From contig NZ_JAQNDL010000003.1 in NCBI RefSeq assembly GCF_028368995.1, positions 640,001 to 704,000 of the forward strand: a stretch of DNA of 64,000 nt. Reading direction: 5' to 3'. Under the pieces are notes generated by a model. It was given only the letters and a program-made list of their open reading frames with translations, was not told the origin of the DNA and did not search any database. This stretch comes from Nannocystis bainbridge. GTDB taxonomy: Bacteria > Myxococcota_A > Polyangia > Nannocystales > Nannocystaceae. Shown here one piece after another: positions 1-9,523 of the stretch (position 1 is the stretch's first letter; each line of letters begins with the position of its first letter). The position numbers and the translations under genes are program-made.

Positions 1-59
1 GCAAAAAACCGGCGTACTTCGGCGGGCGCGGCCGACGCACCTGCTACACTCCCTGCATC

Positions 60-752
60 GTGTCGACCTCGCCGTTTGCGAATCTGCCGCGCTTCCGGCC
101 CGCCAGCTTCTGGTTGTTGGTCGCCGCCACGGCCACCAGCGGGTTCGTCTCCGACCTGCCGCTCGCCGACCGGCTCCTGCTCGGCGCCTCGTTCGTCGCC
201 GACCCCGCCCCCTGGCAGCCGCTCACCGCGCCGTTCCTGTTCCCCAACGGCCAGCTCGCCGGCCTCATCGGTACGGGCCTGCTGCAGTGGTTCGTCGGCA
301 GCCGCGTCGAGGCGCGGCTCGGCCCCGCGCGCTACCTCGGCCTCGTCCTCGGCGGGGCCGTCCTCGGCTACCTCGCGCTCGGCCTCGTCGGCCTGGCCGT
401 GCCCGCCGCCCTCGCGGTCCCGCACGGCGGCACCATCCCGATCGACATCGCCGCCGTGGTCGCGTTCGGCGTGCTGTTCGCCCGCGACCCGCTGGCGCTG
501 TTCGGCCTCCTGCCGATCACCGCGCGCAGCTTCGCCAGCGTCGCCGTCGCGCTCCTGCTCCTCGGCCCGCTGCTGCGCGGCGGCTGGCCCGACATCGTGC
601 CCGGCCTGGTCGCCGCCGGCATCGCCCTCGGCGTCACCCGTCGCTGGCAAAAGCAGCCCGCGTCCGGCAAAGTCGGCCCGCGCAAGGCCAGCAAGAGCAA
701 GCGCCCGCGCCACCTGCGGATCGTCGACGGCCGCGAGCAGTACCTGAATTGA
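60..752 (+). CDS. Rhomboid-like intramembrane protein (probably catalytically degenerate)
   Basis: Several hydrophobic helices, PWQPLTAPFLF motif and G..VE..LG..RY motif typical of rhomboid-like proteins; basic C-terminal tail ending RHLRIV..YLN. Confidence 0.65.
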   Translation: MSTSPFANLPRFRPASFWLLVAATATSGFVSDLPLADRLLLGASFVADPAPWQPLTAPFLFPNGQLAGLIGTGLLQWFVGSRVEARLGPARYLGLVLGGAVLGYLALGLVGLAVPAALAVPHGGTIPIDIAAVVAFGVLFARDPLALFGLLPITARSFASVAVALLLLGPLLRGGWPDIVPGLVAAGIALGVTRRWQKQPASGKVGPRKASKSKRPRHLRIVDGREQYLN

Positions 753-772
753 CGCTCCGCCCCGCGCTCACG

Positions 773-828
773 GACCTGTCCCCGGCGACCTGTCCCTGAC
801 GACCTGTCCCGCGCGACCTGTCCCTACA
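773..828. repeat. 14-bp phased array, 4 units (GACCTGTCCC-N4)
   Basis: GACCTG cores at 773, 787, 801, 815. Confidence 0.9.
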
Positions 829-835
829 ACCATCC

Positions 836-2272
836 TTGAATGACGAGCCCGAAGTGACCTTCCGAAGCGACGAGCCGCGCGAAGCGGCGATGACGACCAG
901 CGTGGCCCGGCCGGCGCCGTCGCGGCCGCTGCGTCGCGTGATGCTGCGGGTCACCGACGGCCCCGACCGCGACGCCCAGGTGCAGACCGCCCGGCCGCGG
1001 CTGACGATCGGCCGCAGCGCGGTCAACGACCTCGTGCTGACCGACAGCTCGATCAGCGGCCTGCACGCCGAGCTGCTGCTCGGGGCCGGCGGCCCGCACG
1101 GCGCGGTGCTGCTGCGCGACCTCGGCAGCACCAACGGCACCCACGTCGGCGGGGTGCGGATCCGCGAGGCGTGGATCGAGCCGGGCGCGACGCTGCACGT
1201 CGGCAAGACCGCGATCGCGTTCCTCGCCGAGGACGAGGTCCAGGTCCCGATCTCGCGCCAGACCCACTTCGGCGCGCTGCTCGGCTCCAGCCCCGGCATG
1301 CGCGAGCTGTTCGCCGTGCTCGAGCGCATCGCCGACACCGACATGAGCGTGCTCGTCGGCGGCGAGACCGGCTCGGGCAAGGAGCTGGTGGCGCGCGCGC
1401 TGCACGACGAGTCGCCGCGGCACAAGGGCCCGTTCGTGGTCCTCGACTGCAGCGCCCTGCCGCGCGAGCTGGCCGAGGCCGCGATCCTCGGCCACCGCAA
1501 GGGCGCCTTCACCAGCGCGCTCGAGAGCCGCGCCGGCGCGTTCGAGGAGGCCCACGGCGGCACCCTCTTCCTCGACGAGATCGGCGAGCTGCCGCTCGAG
1601 CTGCAGCCCAAGCTGCTGCGCGTGCTCGACCGCCGCGAGGTCCAGCGCATCGGCGAGACCCAGGTCCGCAAGGTCGACGTCCGCGTGGTCGCGGCGACCC
1701 ACCGCGACCTCAAGACGATGGTCGGCCAGGGCACCTTCCGCGAGGACCTGTACTTCCGCCTGTCGGTCATGACCGTCGAGCTGCCGCCGCTGCGCGAGCG
1801 CGGCGACGACATCGCCCTGCTGGCCGAGAAGTTCGTCGGCGACTTCACCCGCCCGCGCGGCGGCGGCGTCGTGCTCAGCCCGGCCGCCCGCCGGGCCCTC
1901 GCCGCTCACCCCTGGCCCGGCAACGTCCGCGAGCTCAAGAACACCATCGAGCGCGCGGTCCACTTCGCCAGCGCCGGGGTGATCGAGCCCGCCGACCTGT
2001 TCCTCGGCCGCCCGGGCCGCCCGGTGCCCGCCCCCGCGCCCGTCGCCTCGCTGCCCACCCTCGCCGGCGAGGAGGTGCTGTTCACCCAGCCGTTCAAGGA
2101 GGCCAAGCAGACCCTGCTCGACGCCTTCGAGCGCCGCTACTTCGCCCGCCTGCTCGAGCAGCACGACGGCAACCTCAGCCGCGCCTCCGCCGCCGCCGGC
2201 ATCACCCGCTACTACCTGCGCGAGCTGCTGAAGCGCCTCGGCCTCCACCGCGTGAAGGACGAAGAGCCATGA
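836..2272 (+). CDS. FHA-domain sigma-54-dependent transcriptional activator (FHA-AAA+-HTH)
   Basis: FHA (IGRS..SISGLHA..DLGSTNGT), Walker A GETGSGKE, GAFTSA loop, FLDEIGE, WPGNVREL, C-terminal Fis-like HTH; the start could instead be ATG near 890. Confidence 0.92.
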   Translation: MNDEPEVTFRSDEPREAAMTTSVARPAPSRPLRRVMLRVTDGPDRDAQVQTARPRLTIGRSAVNDLVLTDSSISGLHAELLLGAGGPHGAVLLRDLGSTNGTHVGGVRIREAWIEPGATLHVGKTAIAFLAEDEVQVPISRQTHFGALLGSSPGMRELFAVLERIADTDMSVLVGGETGSGKELVARALHDESPRHKGPFVVLDCSALPRELAEAAILGHRKGAFTSALESRAGAFEEAHGGTLFLDEIGELPLELQPKLLRVLDRREVQRIGETQVRKVDVRVVAATHRDLKTMVGQGTFREDLYFRLSVMTVELPPLRERGDDIALLAEKFVGDFTRPRGGGVVLSPAARRALAAHPWPGNVRELKNTIERAVHFASAGVIEPADLFLGRPGRPVPAPAPVASLPTLAGEEVLFTQPFKEAKQTLLDAFERRYFARLLEQHDGNLSRASAAAGITRYYLRELLKRLGLHRVKDEEP

Positions 2273-2470
2273 CCCGAGAGACATGTCTCCAAGGCCATCC
2301 CGAGGCGGCCCGCGCCGCCGCGGGGCCGGCGGATCCTGACATGCCCTGCCCCGAAGGACAGGTCGCTCCGCTCCCGGCGATCGCGCTCCGCCCCTCGACC
2401 TCCGCCGCGACCGCCCTCGAAGCTGTCCTCTCGACCATGTCCTCCGAGACCTGTCCCTCCGGACATCCTC
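2266..2470. repeat. 14-bp phased dyad clusters
   Basis: Cores at 2266/2280/2294 and a second run accatgtcctccga-gacctgtccctccg-gacatc near 2434-2466. Confidence 0.75.
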
Positions 2471-2934
2471 GCTCCCCCATCCCCGCGGTCCTGCGCACCG
2501 CCGCCTTGATCTGCTGGGCCGCGCTGGCGGGCGCCTGCGGCAATCGCAGCGGCGACCCGGTGCGCACGGCCCAGGCCTTCACCGCCGCGGTCCAGCGCGG
2601 CGACATGGACGCCGTCTACGGGCTGATCGAGCGCGCCGCCAGCGAGCAATTGGTCGCCGCCGCCGCCCAGGCCTCCGACCAGGTCGGCGGGCGCCGGCGC
2701 ATCGAGCCGGCCGAGATGCTGCAGATCGTCGACGTCGACCCCAACTTCGAGCTGGCCAGCGCCGAGCTGCTCGGCGACGTCGACCTCGCCGACGCCGAGG
2801 ACGGCACCTTCGCCCAGGTGCGCCTGAACGGCAGCCAGCAAGAGAGCCACACGCTCACGCTCGTGCGCGAAGAAGGCGCCTGGCGTGTACGGATCCCCCT
2901 GCCTCCGCTTAACTCTACCGCCACTACCCCATGA
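2437..2934 (+). CDS. Putative lipoprotein (NTF2-like/DUF4878-like hypothetical)
   Basis: Lipobox LAGAC, then DPVRTAQAFTAAVQRGD...LVREEGAWRV pattern; start uncertain (alternative ATG 2269); stop overlaps next ATG (ATGA). Confidence 0.65.
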   Translation: MSSETCPSGHPRSPIPAVLRTAALICWAALAGACGNRSGDPVRTAQAFTAAVQRGDMDAVYGLIERAASEQLVAAAAQASDQVGGRRRIEPAEMLQIVDVDPNFELASAELLGDVDLADAEDGTFAQVRLNGSQQESHTLTLVREEGAWRVRIPLPPLNSTATTP

Positions 2935-3866
2935 ACTCGTTCGAACCACGCCCCACCGGCCGCCCCGCCGTCGTCGGCTGGCTGCTGCCGTTCTTCTGTG
3001 TCAGCGCCGCCCTGCTCGCCCACTGGCTGCTCAGCGTCCCGCCCGGCCCGTTGCCGCCGCCCGTCGCCAAAGAGGCCCCGCCCAAGCCGAGCCCGGCCCC
3101 TGCTGCCGGCGGCGACGACGACGACGACAAGGACAAGGCCGGCTTCGAACCCTTCACCTCGCCGCGCGCCGACGGCCTGCTCGCGCAGCTGCACGGGGCC
3201 TACGACGCCGTCGGGTTCAAGGCCGAGCCGACCTTCGAGGCCTGGAGCGTGGCCCACCGCCCGCTCATCACCCAGATCATCACCGCCACCCGCCTGCAGG
3301 CGTTCAAGGGCGTCGTGCCTTCCCCCTCGGTGTCGACCTCGAACGTCGAGTGTCACACCATCCGCTGCCGCTTCACGCTGTCGAGCAGCAAGCAGGAGGA
3401 CCTGCAGCTGCTCCTCGACTCGGTCGCCACCCTGCAGCTCGACGGCGCCCCGCTGTGGCACACCTGGAAGCCTGACGAGATCGCCGAGGAGCCGACCAAG
3501 CGCGCCAACGCCAAGCCGCGCATGCGCACGCAGGTGGTCGTGTCGTTCGCCCGCGACCTGCCCAAGCTCGACCAGATCAAGCTGCAGTCGGGCGCGCCGC
3601 TCAAGCCGGCCTCGATCACGCCGGTCAAGGTCCCCGGCGCGACCCCGGGCGCGCCGACCACGAACCCGTTCGGCCCCGCAGGCACGGCCATGGGCCCGCA
3701 CCCGTCCACCTCGATGCCCGGCAGCACGGCTCAGCCCAGCAGCACGGCTCAGCCCAGCACCGCCAAGCCCGGCAGCGCCGCCAAGCCCGGCAGCACCGCC
3801 ACGCCCGGCAGCACCGCCACGCCCGGCAGCACGCCGAGCACCAAGCCGCCTGCGCACGCGCCCTGA
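2931..3866 (+). CDS. Hypothetical membrane-anchored protein with C-terminal PGSTAK-type repeats
   Basis: N-terminal TM helix, ECHTIRC motif, strong GC3 codon bias, 18-bp repeats at about 3717-3850. Confidence 0.75.
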   Translation: MNSFEPRPTGRPAVVGWLLPFFCVSAALLAHWLLSVPPGPLPPPVAKEAPPKPSPAPAAGGDDDDDKDKAGFEPFTSPRADGLLAQLHGAYDAVGFKAEPTFEAWSVAHRPLITQIITATRLQAFKGVVPSPSVSTSNVECHTIRCRFTLSSSKQEDLQLLLDSVATLQLDGAPLWHTWKPDEIAEEPTKRANAKPRMRTQVVVSFARDLPKLDQIKLQSGAPLKPASITPVKVPGATPGAPTTNPFGPAGTAMGPHPSTSMPGSTAQPSSTAQPSTAKPGSAAKPGSTATPGSTATPGSTPSTKPPAHAP

Positions 3867-4150
3867 GCCTCCTCGCAGCTCGTGTCTCGCTCGCAGAGAC
3901 ACCAGCGCCCGCGCACGCGCCCTGAGGCTCCTCGCAGCTCGTGTCTCGCTCGCAGAGACACCAGCGCCCGCGCACGCGCCCTGAGCCTCCTCGCAGCTCG
4001 GTGTCTCGCTCGCGGAGACACCAGACTGCCCGCGCACGCGCCCTGAGGCTCCTCGCAGCTCGGTGTCTCGCTCGCCAAGACACCAGACTGCACGCGCACG
4101 CGCCCTGAGGCTCCTCGCAGCTCGGTGTCTCGCTCGCAGAGACACCAGCG
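3852..4150. repeat. Tandem repeat, 5 x 59-62 bp, each with a GTGTCTC-N7-GAGACAC hairpin (REP/BIME-like)
   Basis: Units start at 3852, 3911, 3970, 4032, 4094; the first unit contains the stop codon of the upstream gene; the hairpin is imperfect in unit 4. Confidence 0.9.
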
Positions 4151-4398
4151 GACGCGTGCCTGCCACCGCCGTCCTGGCGACCACGGCGATCCAGCGCTTT
4201 CGTGCCCGCGCTGACGCGCACCCGCGGCCCTCATCCGGCAGCGCCGATGATGTTGCGTCCGAATCCTCCGCGAGCATGCGCGGCCGCGACCGCCCCGACA
4301 GCGACGGCGATTTCAGCTTGCTCTCGAGTTCTCGCGTCCACGGCCGCGAGGGCGCGCCCGGCCCGGCGGCCGTCACCCGCGGCTGCTACGCTGCCTGC

Positions 4399-4833
4399 GT
4401 GCCACGCACCGCGCTCGGCCTCCTCCTCTCCCTCGGCAGCCTCGCAGCCTGCGGCCCGGGCGACCGCCTCGAAGGCACGCTGTCGGTCGACAGCGAAGAA
4501 TATGGCGCATGGACCATGTCCCCGACGACATGTGTCTCGGGCGAGCGCCGCCAGTTCTTCGGCGTCGATCTGACCGAGCGCGGCGACAACGGCAGCGGCG
4601 TGCGGATCGTCGACGACCCGGTCGACGGCTACTCGCTGGCGATGAACATCCCCGACCACGACCTCGCGCTCGTCGTCACCGCCGCCAGCAAGTGCGAGGT
4701 GTTCGACGTCCACCTCGAGCGCGGCAACGTCCGCGTCAACAACATCTGGGCCGTCCAGGGCCACGCGATCCTCGAGTGCCGCGCCGACGGGATGGAGATC
4801 GTCGCCGACTTCCAGTTTTCGGGCTGTACCTAA
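4399..4833 (+). CDS. Small lipoprotein
   Basis: GTG start 6 nt after TACGCT; lipobox LAAC; typical codon bias. Confidence 0.75.
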   Translation: MPRTALGLLLSLGSLAACGPGDRLEGTLSVDSEEYGAWTMSPTTCVSGERRQFFGVDLTERGDNGSGVRIVDDPVDGYSLAMNIPDHDLALVVTAASKCEVFDVHLERGNVRVNNIWAVQGHAILECRADGMEIVADFQFSGCT

Positions 4834-4890
4834 GGACATGCCGTTATCGACATGTCCCCATGGACATGCCCGATCGGGCATGCCATCTTC
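4821..4890. repeat. 14-bp phased array, 4-5 units
   Basis: Cores at 4821, 4835, 4849, 4863, 4877, between convergent genes. Confidence 0.9.
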
Positions 4891-4899
4891 GCCAGCCGC

Positions 4900-5529
4900 T
4901 CAGAAGTTCACCCGCAGCCCGAGCCCGAGCCCGCGCGGGAGCGGCAGCGGGGCCACGATGGGGCGGCCGCGCCGGGCCAGACCGACGTCCCGGAGGTCGC
5001 GCAGCGGCACGGCCCAGCGGTTCCACAACATCGAGCCGGCGATCATCGCCGCGAAGGCGGCCGAGGTGGTCGCGGCCGCGGCGATGCCGATCATCGCCTT
5101 GCCCTCGAAGAGCTCGGTGCGGGCCGTCTCGACCCAGAAATAGATCGCCGGCCCGATGGCGGCGATCCCCCAGAACGTCACGCCGATCCCGAGCCCGCGG
5201 CGGACCCTGAACCGGCGCTTGGCGAACTCGAGGAACGTGTCCGTCTCGCCGTCCTCCTCGACATCCTCCTCGTAGGACTCCCAGGCGCCGCTCAGATCCA
5301 TCCCGGTGATTCCCTCGAGATTGCGGTACTCGCGGTACTGCCGGCCCATCCCGGCCGGCTCGGGCACCTCGGTGTCGAGCGGCGTGAAGGGATCGGCGAC
5401 GGCAGCGGTCTCCGGCGCTGGCGCCATCTCCCCCGCAGGCGCGGTCTCCGGCGCTGGCGCGACGTCCTGCGCCCCGGCGATCGGCTGCAATCCGGCGCCC
5501 AACAACCACACCGACACGACGCTCACCAT
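4900..5529 (-). CDS. Hypothetical exported/membrane protein
   Basis: Signal-like N-terminus MVSVVSVWLLGAG, two TM helices, C-terminal GLGLRVNF typical of myxobacterial membrane proteins. Confidence 0.65.
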   Translation of the reverse strand: MVSVVSVWLLGAGLQPIAGAQDVAPAPETAPAGEMAPAPETAAVADPFTPLDTEVPEPAGMGRQYREYRNLEGITGMDLSGAWESYEEDVEEDGETDTFLEFAKRRFRVRRGLGIGVTFWGIAAIGPAIYFWVETARTELFEGKAMIGIAAAATTSAAFAAMIAGSMLWNRWAVPLRDLRDVGLARRGRPIVAPLPLPRGLGLGLRVNF

Positions 5530-5862
5530 GCCGCCGATCGTATCCCGCCCGCTTCGGGCAAACACGCAGCAACGTGTTTCATCGCCTCCCCGAGCGCGAC
5601 GCACGATCGCCGCACACCGTCGAGCCGTGCTCGAGTGATGCCGCGGAGTACATCGTTCAAGCCGCGACGATCGGCGAGCCGGCTTTCCATGCGCACGCGC
5701 CGCCTTCTCGCGCCGTCTTTGGCGAAGCCGTCCATGCACCGCGAAGGCGACGAGCTTCGCCACAGCCGGCACTCCAGTTCACGAAACCAACCGAAGCGCG
5801 ACGAGCAGCCCGGGCGCACTCGCGTCTGCCGGCATGGAGCGGCCGCGCCGCACAACACTATC

Positions 5863-5960
5863 TACATGTCTTTTCATACATGCTCTCATGGGCATGTCTG
5901 ATGAACAATGTCCTATGAAACATGTTCTTTTGAACATGCCCGTCCGAGCATGTCGCCTCA
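5863..5960. repeat. 14-bp phased array, 7 units with AT-rich spacers
   Basis: Cores at 5863, 5877, 5891, 5905 (CAATG variant), 5919, 5933, 5947. Confidence 0.9.
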
Positions 5961-6015
5961 CCAAGGTCGCATCCCTCGACCATCTTCCGCGCGCGGTCCG
6001 TCGTGTCTTCGCCGA

Positions 6016-6085
6016 CGAGCGCCTCGCCTCGCGTCTCCACCCGCGAGCGCCTCGCCTCGCGTCTCCACCCTCGAGCGCCTCGCGC
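6016..6085. repeat. Tandem repeat, about 2.5 x 28 bp (CGAGCGCCTCGCCTCGCGTCTCCACCC)
   Basis: Units at 6016, 6044, 6072, downstream of pspA. Confidence 0.75.
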
Positions 6086-6157
6086 CCCTCGCTCGCGAAG
6101 CGGCCGGAGGCGACGGTACGTCGCGCTCCGGCCGGCGGTCTCGAGCCTCTGCGCTGA

Positions 6158-6976
6158 TTAGCCGCTGAGCTTCTTCTTCAGCTCTTCGAGCTGGGCGTCG
6201 ACCTCGGCGGCCTTGAGGTCGTCGGCGCTGAGCTCTTCCGCGGGCGGGGCCGACTTCGCGTCGCCGCGGCCGGAGCCGAGCTGGCGCGGGTCTTCGGACT
6301 TGCCGGCGGTGAGGGCCATCTTGCGCTTGAGGGCCTCGAGCTGGTCGTCGACATTACCGGCCTCGAGCGCCTTGAACTGCGACTCCAGGCTGCCTTCCTC
6401 GAGCACGCCGCCGATCTCCGAAGTCGCCTCGGCCTCGGCCTCGAGCTGCGTGACGCGCTCGGACATGCGGCCGAAGGTGTCGAACGACGAGGTCGAGTTG
6501 ATGCTCGACAGCGTCTCGTTGATCGTGCGCTGGGCCTCGGCTCGCTTCTGGCGCGAGACCAGCAGGTTGCGCTTGCGCTTGGCCTCCTCGATCTTCGAGT
6601 CGAGGCCGCGGAGGGCGACCTTGAGCTGCTCGACCGAGTTCTTCTGGGCCTCCCACTGGTCCTTGAGCTGCGAGGCGACCTCGTCGTGGTCGCCCTTGCG
6701 CTGCAGGGCAGCGCGGGCGAGGGTCTCGTCGCCGGCCTTGAGGGCCAGCATCGCCTTCTTCTCCCACTCGGCCGCCTTGGTAGCCTCCTGCTCCCATTGC
6801 TTCTTGATGCGCTTCTCATCGGCGATGGCGATCGCCACCTGCTTCTTGGCCTCGATGAGCTGCTGCTTCATGTCGACCAACACCTGATTGAGCATCTTCT
6901 CCGGGTCTTCGGCCCGGTTGATGAGCTCGTTGATGTTGGAGCGGATGAGGGTGCCGAGGCGTGAAAAAAGTCCCAT
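6158..6976 (-). CDS. pspA: PspA/IM30 family protein
   Basis: MGLFSRLGTLIRSNINELINRAEDPEKML start, long coiled coil, FGRMSERV motif. Confidence 0.93.
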   Translation of the reverse strand: MGLFSRLGTLIRSNINELINRAEDPEKMLNQVLVDMKQQLIEAKKQVAIAIADEKRIKKQWEQEATKAAEWEKKAMLALKAGDETLARAALQRKGDHDEVASQLKDQWEAQKNSVEQLKVALRGLDSKIEEAKRKRNLLVSRQKRAEAQRTINETLSSINSTSSFDTFGRMSERVTQLEAEAEATSEIGGVLEEGSLESQFKALEAGNVDDQLEALKRKMALTAGKSEDPRQLGSGRGDAKSAPPAEELSADDLKAAEVDAQLEELKKKLSG

Positions 6977-6977
6977 C

Positions 6978-7397
6978 TCAGTTGCCCTCCTGGATCTCGA
7001 TGTGGGTCGGGGCGGGGCGCCACGGGCTGAGCTGTTCGAGATGGCCGTCGATGGCCATCGCAATGTCCTCGATCATGGCCTGGAACTCGCTGAAATCGAG
7101 GTCCGCGAGCTGATGCGCGCCCGACAGCAGGATCTGGTCGCCGTCGAGCGCGTAGGCGCAATGCAGCGTGGTGTCGTTGAACTCGAGCAACCGGCGGAAC
7201 AGCCCCGTGTGATCGGGCGTCGCCGCGGTGACCGCGAAGATCGGCGACGAGTAGAGCACGATCGGCTCGTCGATGCGGACCACGATGCGGATGCCCGAGT
7301 GACTCTCAGGCCCGACCACCCAGGTGTCGTCGGAGACCTTCTCGTGGGGCAGCTCCATCCGGAGCATGTACGATTCCAGCGTTTCTGCGTGACTCAT
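6978..7397 (-). CDS. CesT/YbjN-like type III chaperone-fold protein
   Basis: Small acidic protein with LFRRLLEFN..LHCAYALDGD..L..LDFSEF pattern; directly upstream of pspA. Confidence 0.7.
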   Translation of the reverse strand: MSHAETLESYMLRMELPHEKVSDDTWVVGPESHSGIRIVVRIDEPIVLYSSPIFAVTAATPDHTGLFRRLLEFNDTTLHCAYALDGDQILLSGAHQLADLDFSEFQAMIEDIAMAIDGHLEQLSPWRPAPTHIEIQEGN

Positions 7398-7772
7398 GAG
7401 GGTTCGTTGGGCCGGGGGCGGCGGCAGCGGCCGGAGCGGACGCATCGAGCCAGTGAGACAAGTCTGTGGCCCGCCTGCGGCACCTGAGCCCGGCAGCACG
7501 CCCGAGGTCAGCCACTATACGCGACGGCCCGCGGGGGCGGCAACCCAAACCCCGTCAGGCGCGCCGCTTTGCAGCCGCACGGGCCCGTGGTATCCGAAAG
7601 CGGCCCGCTCGACCGACGAACTCCCTGCCGGGGCCGCGCCGGTTTTACGGTCGCGGGGGCCTGAAACACCCCGACCGGGCTCCACGGAGCGCCTCCTCGT
7701 CATGACAAACCCTGCTCGGCGTCCTCACCCGCCTCGCTCTTTCGCCCCCTGCTGCCGCCGAGGGCCCGGTCG

Positions 7773-8579
7773 ATGAGCGCGCGCGAAGCGGGCGCAGGCG
7801 AGGGCCGCGTGCCGCGGCACGTCGGCATCATCATGGACGGCAACGGCCGCTGGGCGCGGCAAAAGGGCCTGCCGCGCGAGGTCGGCCACGAGCACGGCGC
7901 CGACGCCGTCCGCCGGGTGGTCCGCGCCGCCCGCGAGCTCGGCGTCGAGGCGCTGACGCTGTTCGCGTTCTCGAGCCAAAATTGGGACCGGCCGCCGCAG
8001 GAGGTGTTTCACCTCATGCAGCTGCTCAACCGCTACCTGCTCGAGGAGCGGGCCGAGATCCTCGACAACCAGATCCGGCTGACCACCGTCGGCGACACCG
8101 AGCGCCTGCCGAGCTACGTGCGCGACCCGATGCGCGAGCTCATCGCCGCCTCGGCCGACAACCAGAAGATGACGCTGTGCCTGGCGCTCAGCTACGGCGG
8201 GCGCGAGATGATCACCGACGCCGCCCGGCGCATCGCCCGCGCCGTGCAGGCCGGCAGCCTGCGCCCCGACGAGATCGACCCCAAGACCTTCGCCTCGTAC
8301 CTCGACTCGAGCCGCCATCTGCCGTCGCTCGACCTCTTGATCCGCACCAGCGGCGAGCACCGGATCTCCAACTTCTTCCTGTGGGAGGTCGCTTACGCCG
8401 AGCTGTTCTTCACCGAGGTGCTGTGGCCCGACTTCGCGCGCGAGCACCTGATGGAGGCGCTCGATGACTTCAGTCGCCGCGAGCGCCGCTTCGGGCTGCT
8501 CCCCGGCGAGTCCGACGCCGACGCGCTCGACGAGCCGCCGGCCGTCGGGATCTTCCCCGCGCAACGAGGCAAGGGCTGA
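7773..8579 (+). CDS. uppS: Undecaprenyl diphosphate synthase
   Basis: PRHVGIIMDGNGRWA, FSSQNWDRP, LIRTSGEHRISNF, LWPDF. Confidence 0.96.
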   Translation: MSAREAGAGEGRVPRHVGIIMDGNGRWARQKGLPREVGHEHGADAVRRVVRAARELGVEALTLFAFSSQNWDRPPQEVFHLMQLLNRYLLEERAEILDNQIRLTTVGDTERLPSYVRDPMRELIAASADNQKMTLCLALSYGGREMITDAARRIARAVQAGSLRPDEIDPKTFASYLDSSRHLPSLDLLIRTSGEHRISNFFLWEVAYAELFFTEVLWPDFAREHLMEALDDFSRRERRFGLLPGESDADALDEPPAVGIFPAQRGKG

Positions 8580-8580
8580 C

Positions 8581-9444
8581 GTGGCCGATCTGATCAAGCG
8601 CTTGTGGACGGCGATCGTCCTCGTCCCGATCCTGTTGGTCGCCCTGTTCGTCGACCGCTCGCCGTGGAGCATCCTCGCCATGTCGGTGCTGTTCGGCGGC
8701 TTCGCCCTCGACGAGTACCTGCGCATGGCGCTGCCGCAGCGCTCGCTGTCGGGCCCGGCCGCGCTGGCGGGCCCGGAGTACGGCCTGCGCGCGATCCTGG
8801 GGGCGATCGGCGCCGCCGTGATCGCGCTGCCGATGGTGTTCGGCGCCGGCCGGGTGCTGCCGCCGCTGCTGATGTTCTCGGTGATCGCCGTCGCCCTGGT
8901 GCTGCTGGCGCGCAAGCAGGCGCTCGAGCAGGCCGGCCGGCACATGTCGGTGTGCCTCGCGGGGCTGCTCTACGTGCCGCTGCTCGCCTCGCTGTGGCCG
9001 CAGATCAAGCACGTGTTCGGGCCCGGCTGGCTGTTCGTCACCCTGGCGATCGCGTTCATGTCCGACACCGGGGCGTACGCCTTCGGCCGCCTGTGGGGCA
9101 AGCACAAGCTCTACCCGGCGGTCAGCCCCGGCAAGACGTGGGAGGGCTCGCTCGGCGGCCTCGTCGGCGCCAACGTGGCCACGGTGGGCTTCGGCTCGGC
9201 GTTCCTGCTGCCCGAACTCGGGGTCGGCCACGCGATCGTGCTCGGCGTCCTCGGCTCGCTCGCCGGCCAGGTCGGCGACCTGTTCGAGTCGATGCTCAAG
9301 CGCAGCCACGGCGTCAAGGACTCCGGCAACCTGCTGCCCGGCCACGGCGGCATGCTCGACCGCGTCGACGCGCTGCTGTTCGTCGGCCCGGTCGTCTACT
9401 ACTTCGCCGCCAACGTGGTGTTCGCCGGCGGCCTCCGCGGATGA
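8581..9444 (+). CDS. cdsA: Phosphatidate cytidylyltransferase
   Basis: SDTGAY, SPGKTWEG, GDLFESMLKR..VKDSG..LPGHGGMLDRVD; GTG start right after uppS. Confidence 0.95.
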   Translation: MADLIKRLWTAIVLVPILLVALFVDRSPWSILAMSVLFGGFALDEYLRMALPQRSLSGPAALAGPEYGLRAILGAIGAAVIALPMVFGAGRVLPPLLMFSVIAVALVLLARKQALEQAGRHMSVCLAGLLYVPLLASLWPQIKHVFGPGWLFVTLAIAFMSDTGAYAFGRLWGKHKLYPAVSPGKTWEGSLGGLVGANVATVGFGSAFLLPELGVGHAIVLGVLGSLAGQVGDLFESMLKRSHGVKDSGNLLPGHGGMLDRVDALLFVGPVVYYFAANVVFAGGLRG

Positions 9445-9451
9445 ACGAAAG

Positions 9452-9521
9452 GGCATGTCCCTTCGGACATGCCCTTCGTGACACTGACCAAGGGCCATGT
9501 CCGCGAGGACATGGCCCTTCG
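9452..9521. repeat. 14-bp phased array, 5 units
   Basis: Cores at 9452, 9466, 9480 (GACACT variant), 9494, 9508, filling the gap between convergent genes. Confidence 0.9.
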
Positions 9522-9523
9522 CG

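Noticed and set aside
3852-4150. Possible CRISPR array (palindromic repeats)
   Set aside because: Whole units are near-identical with no unique spacers, and there are no cas genes in the window.
5574-6168. Short ORFs rich in TCP/GHV/DMS words across intergenic gaps
   Set aside because: These peptide words are translations of the 14-bp DNA arrays and lack normal codon bias.
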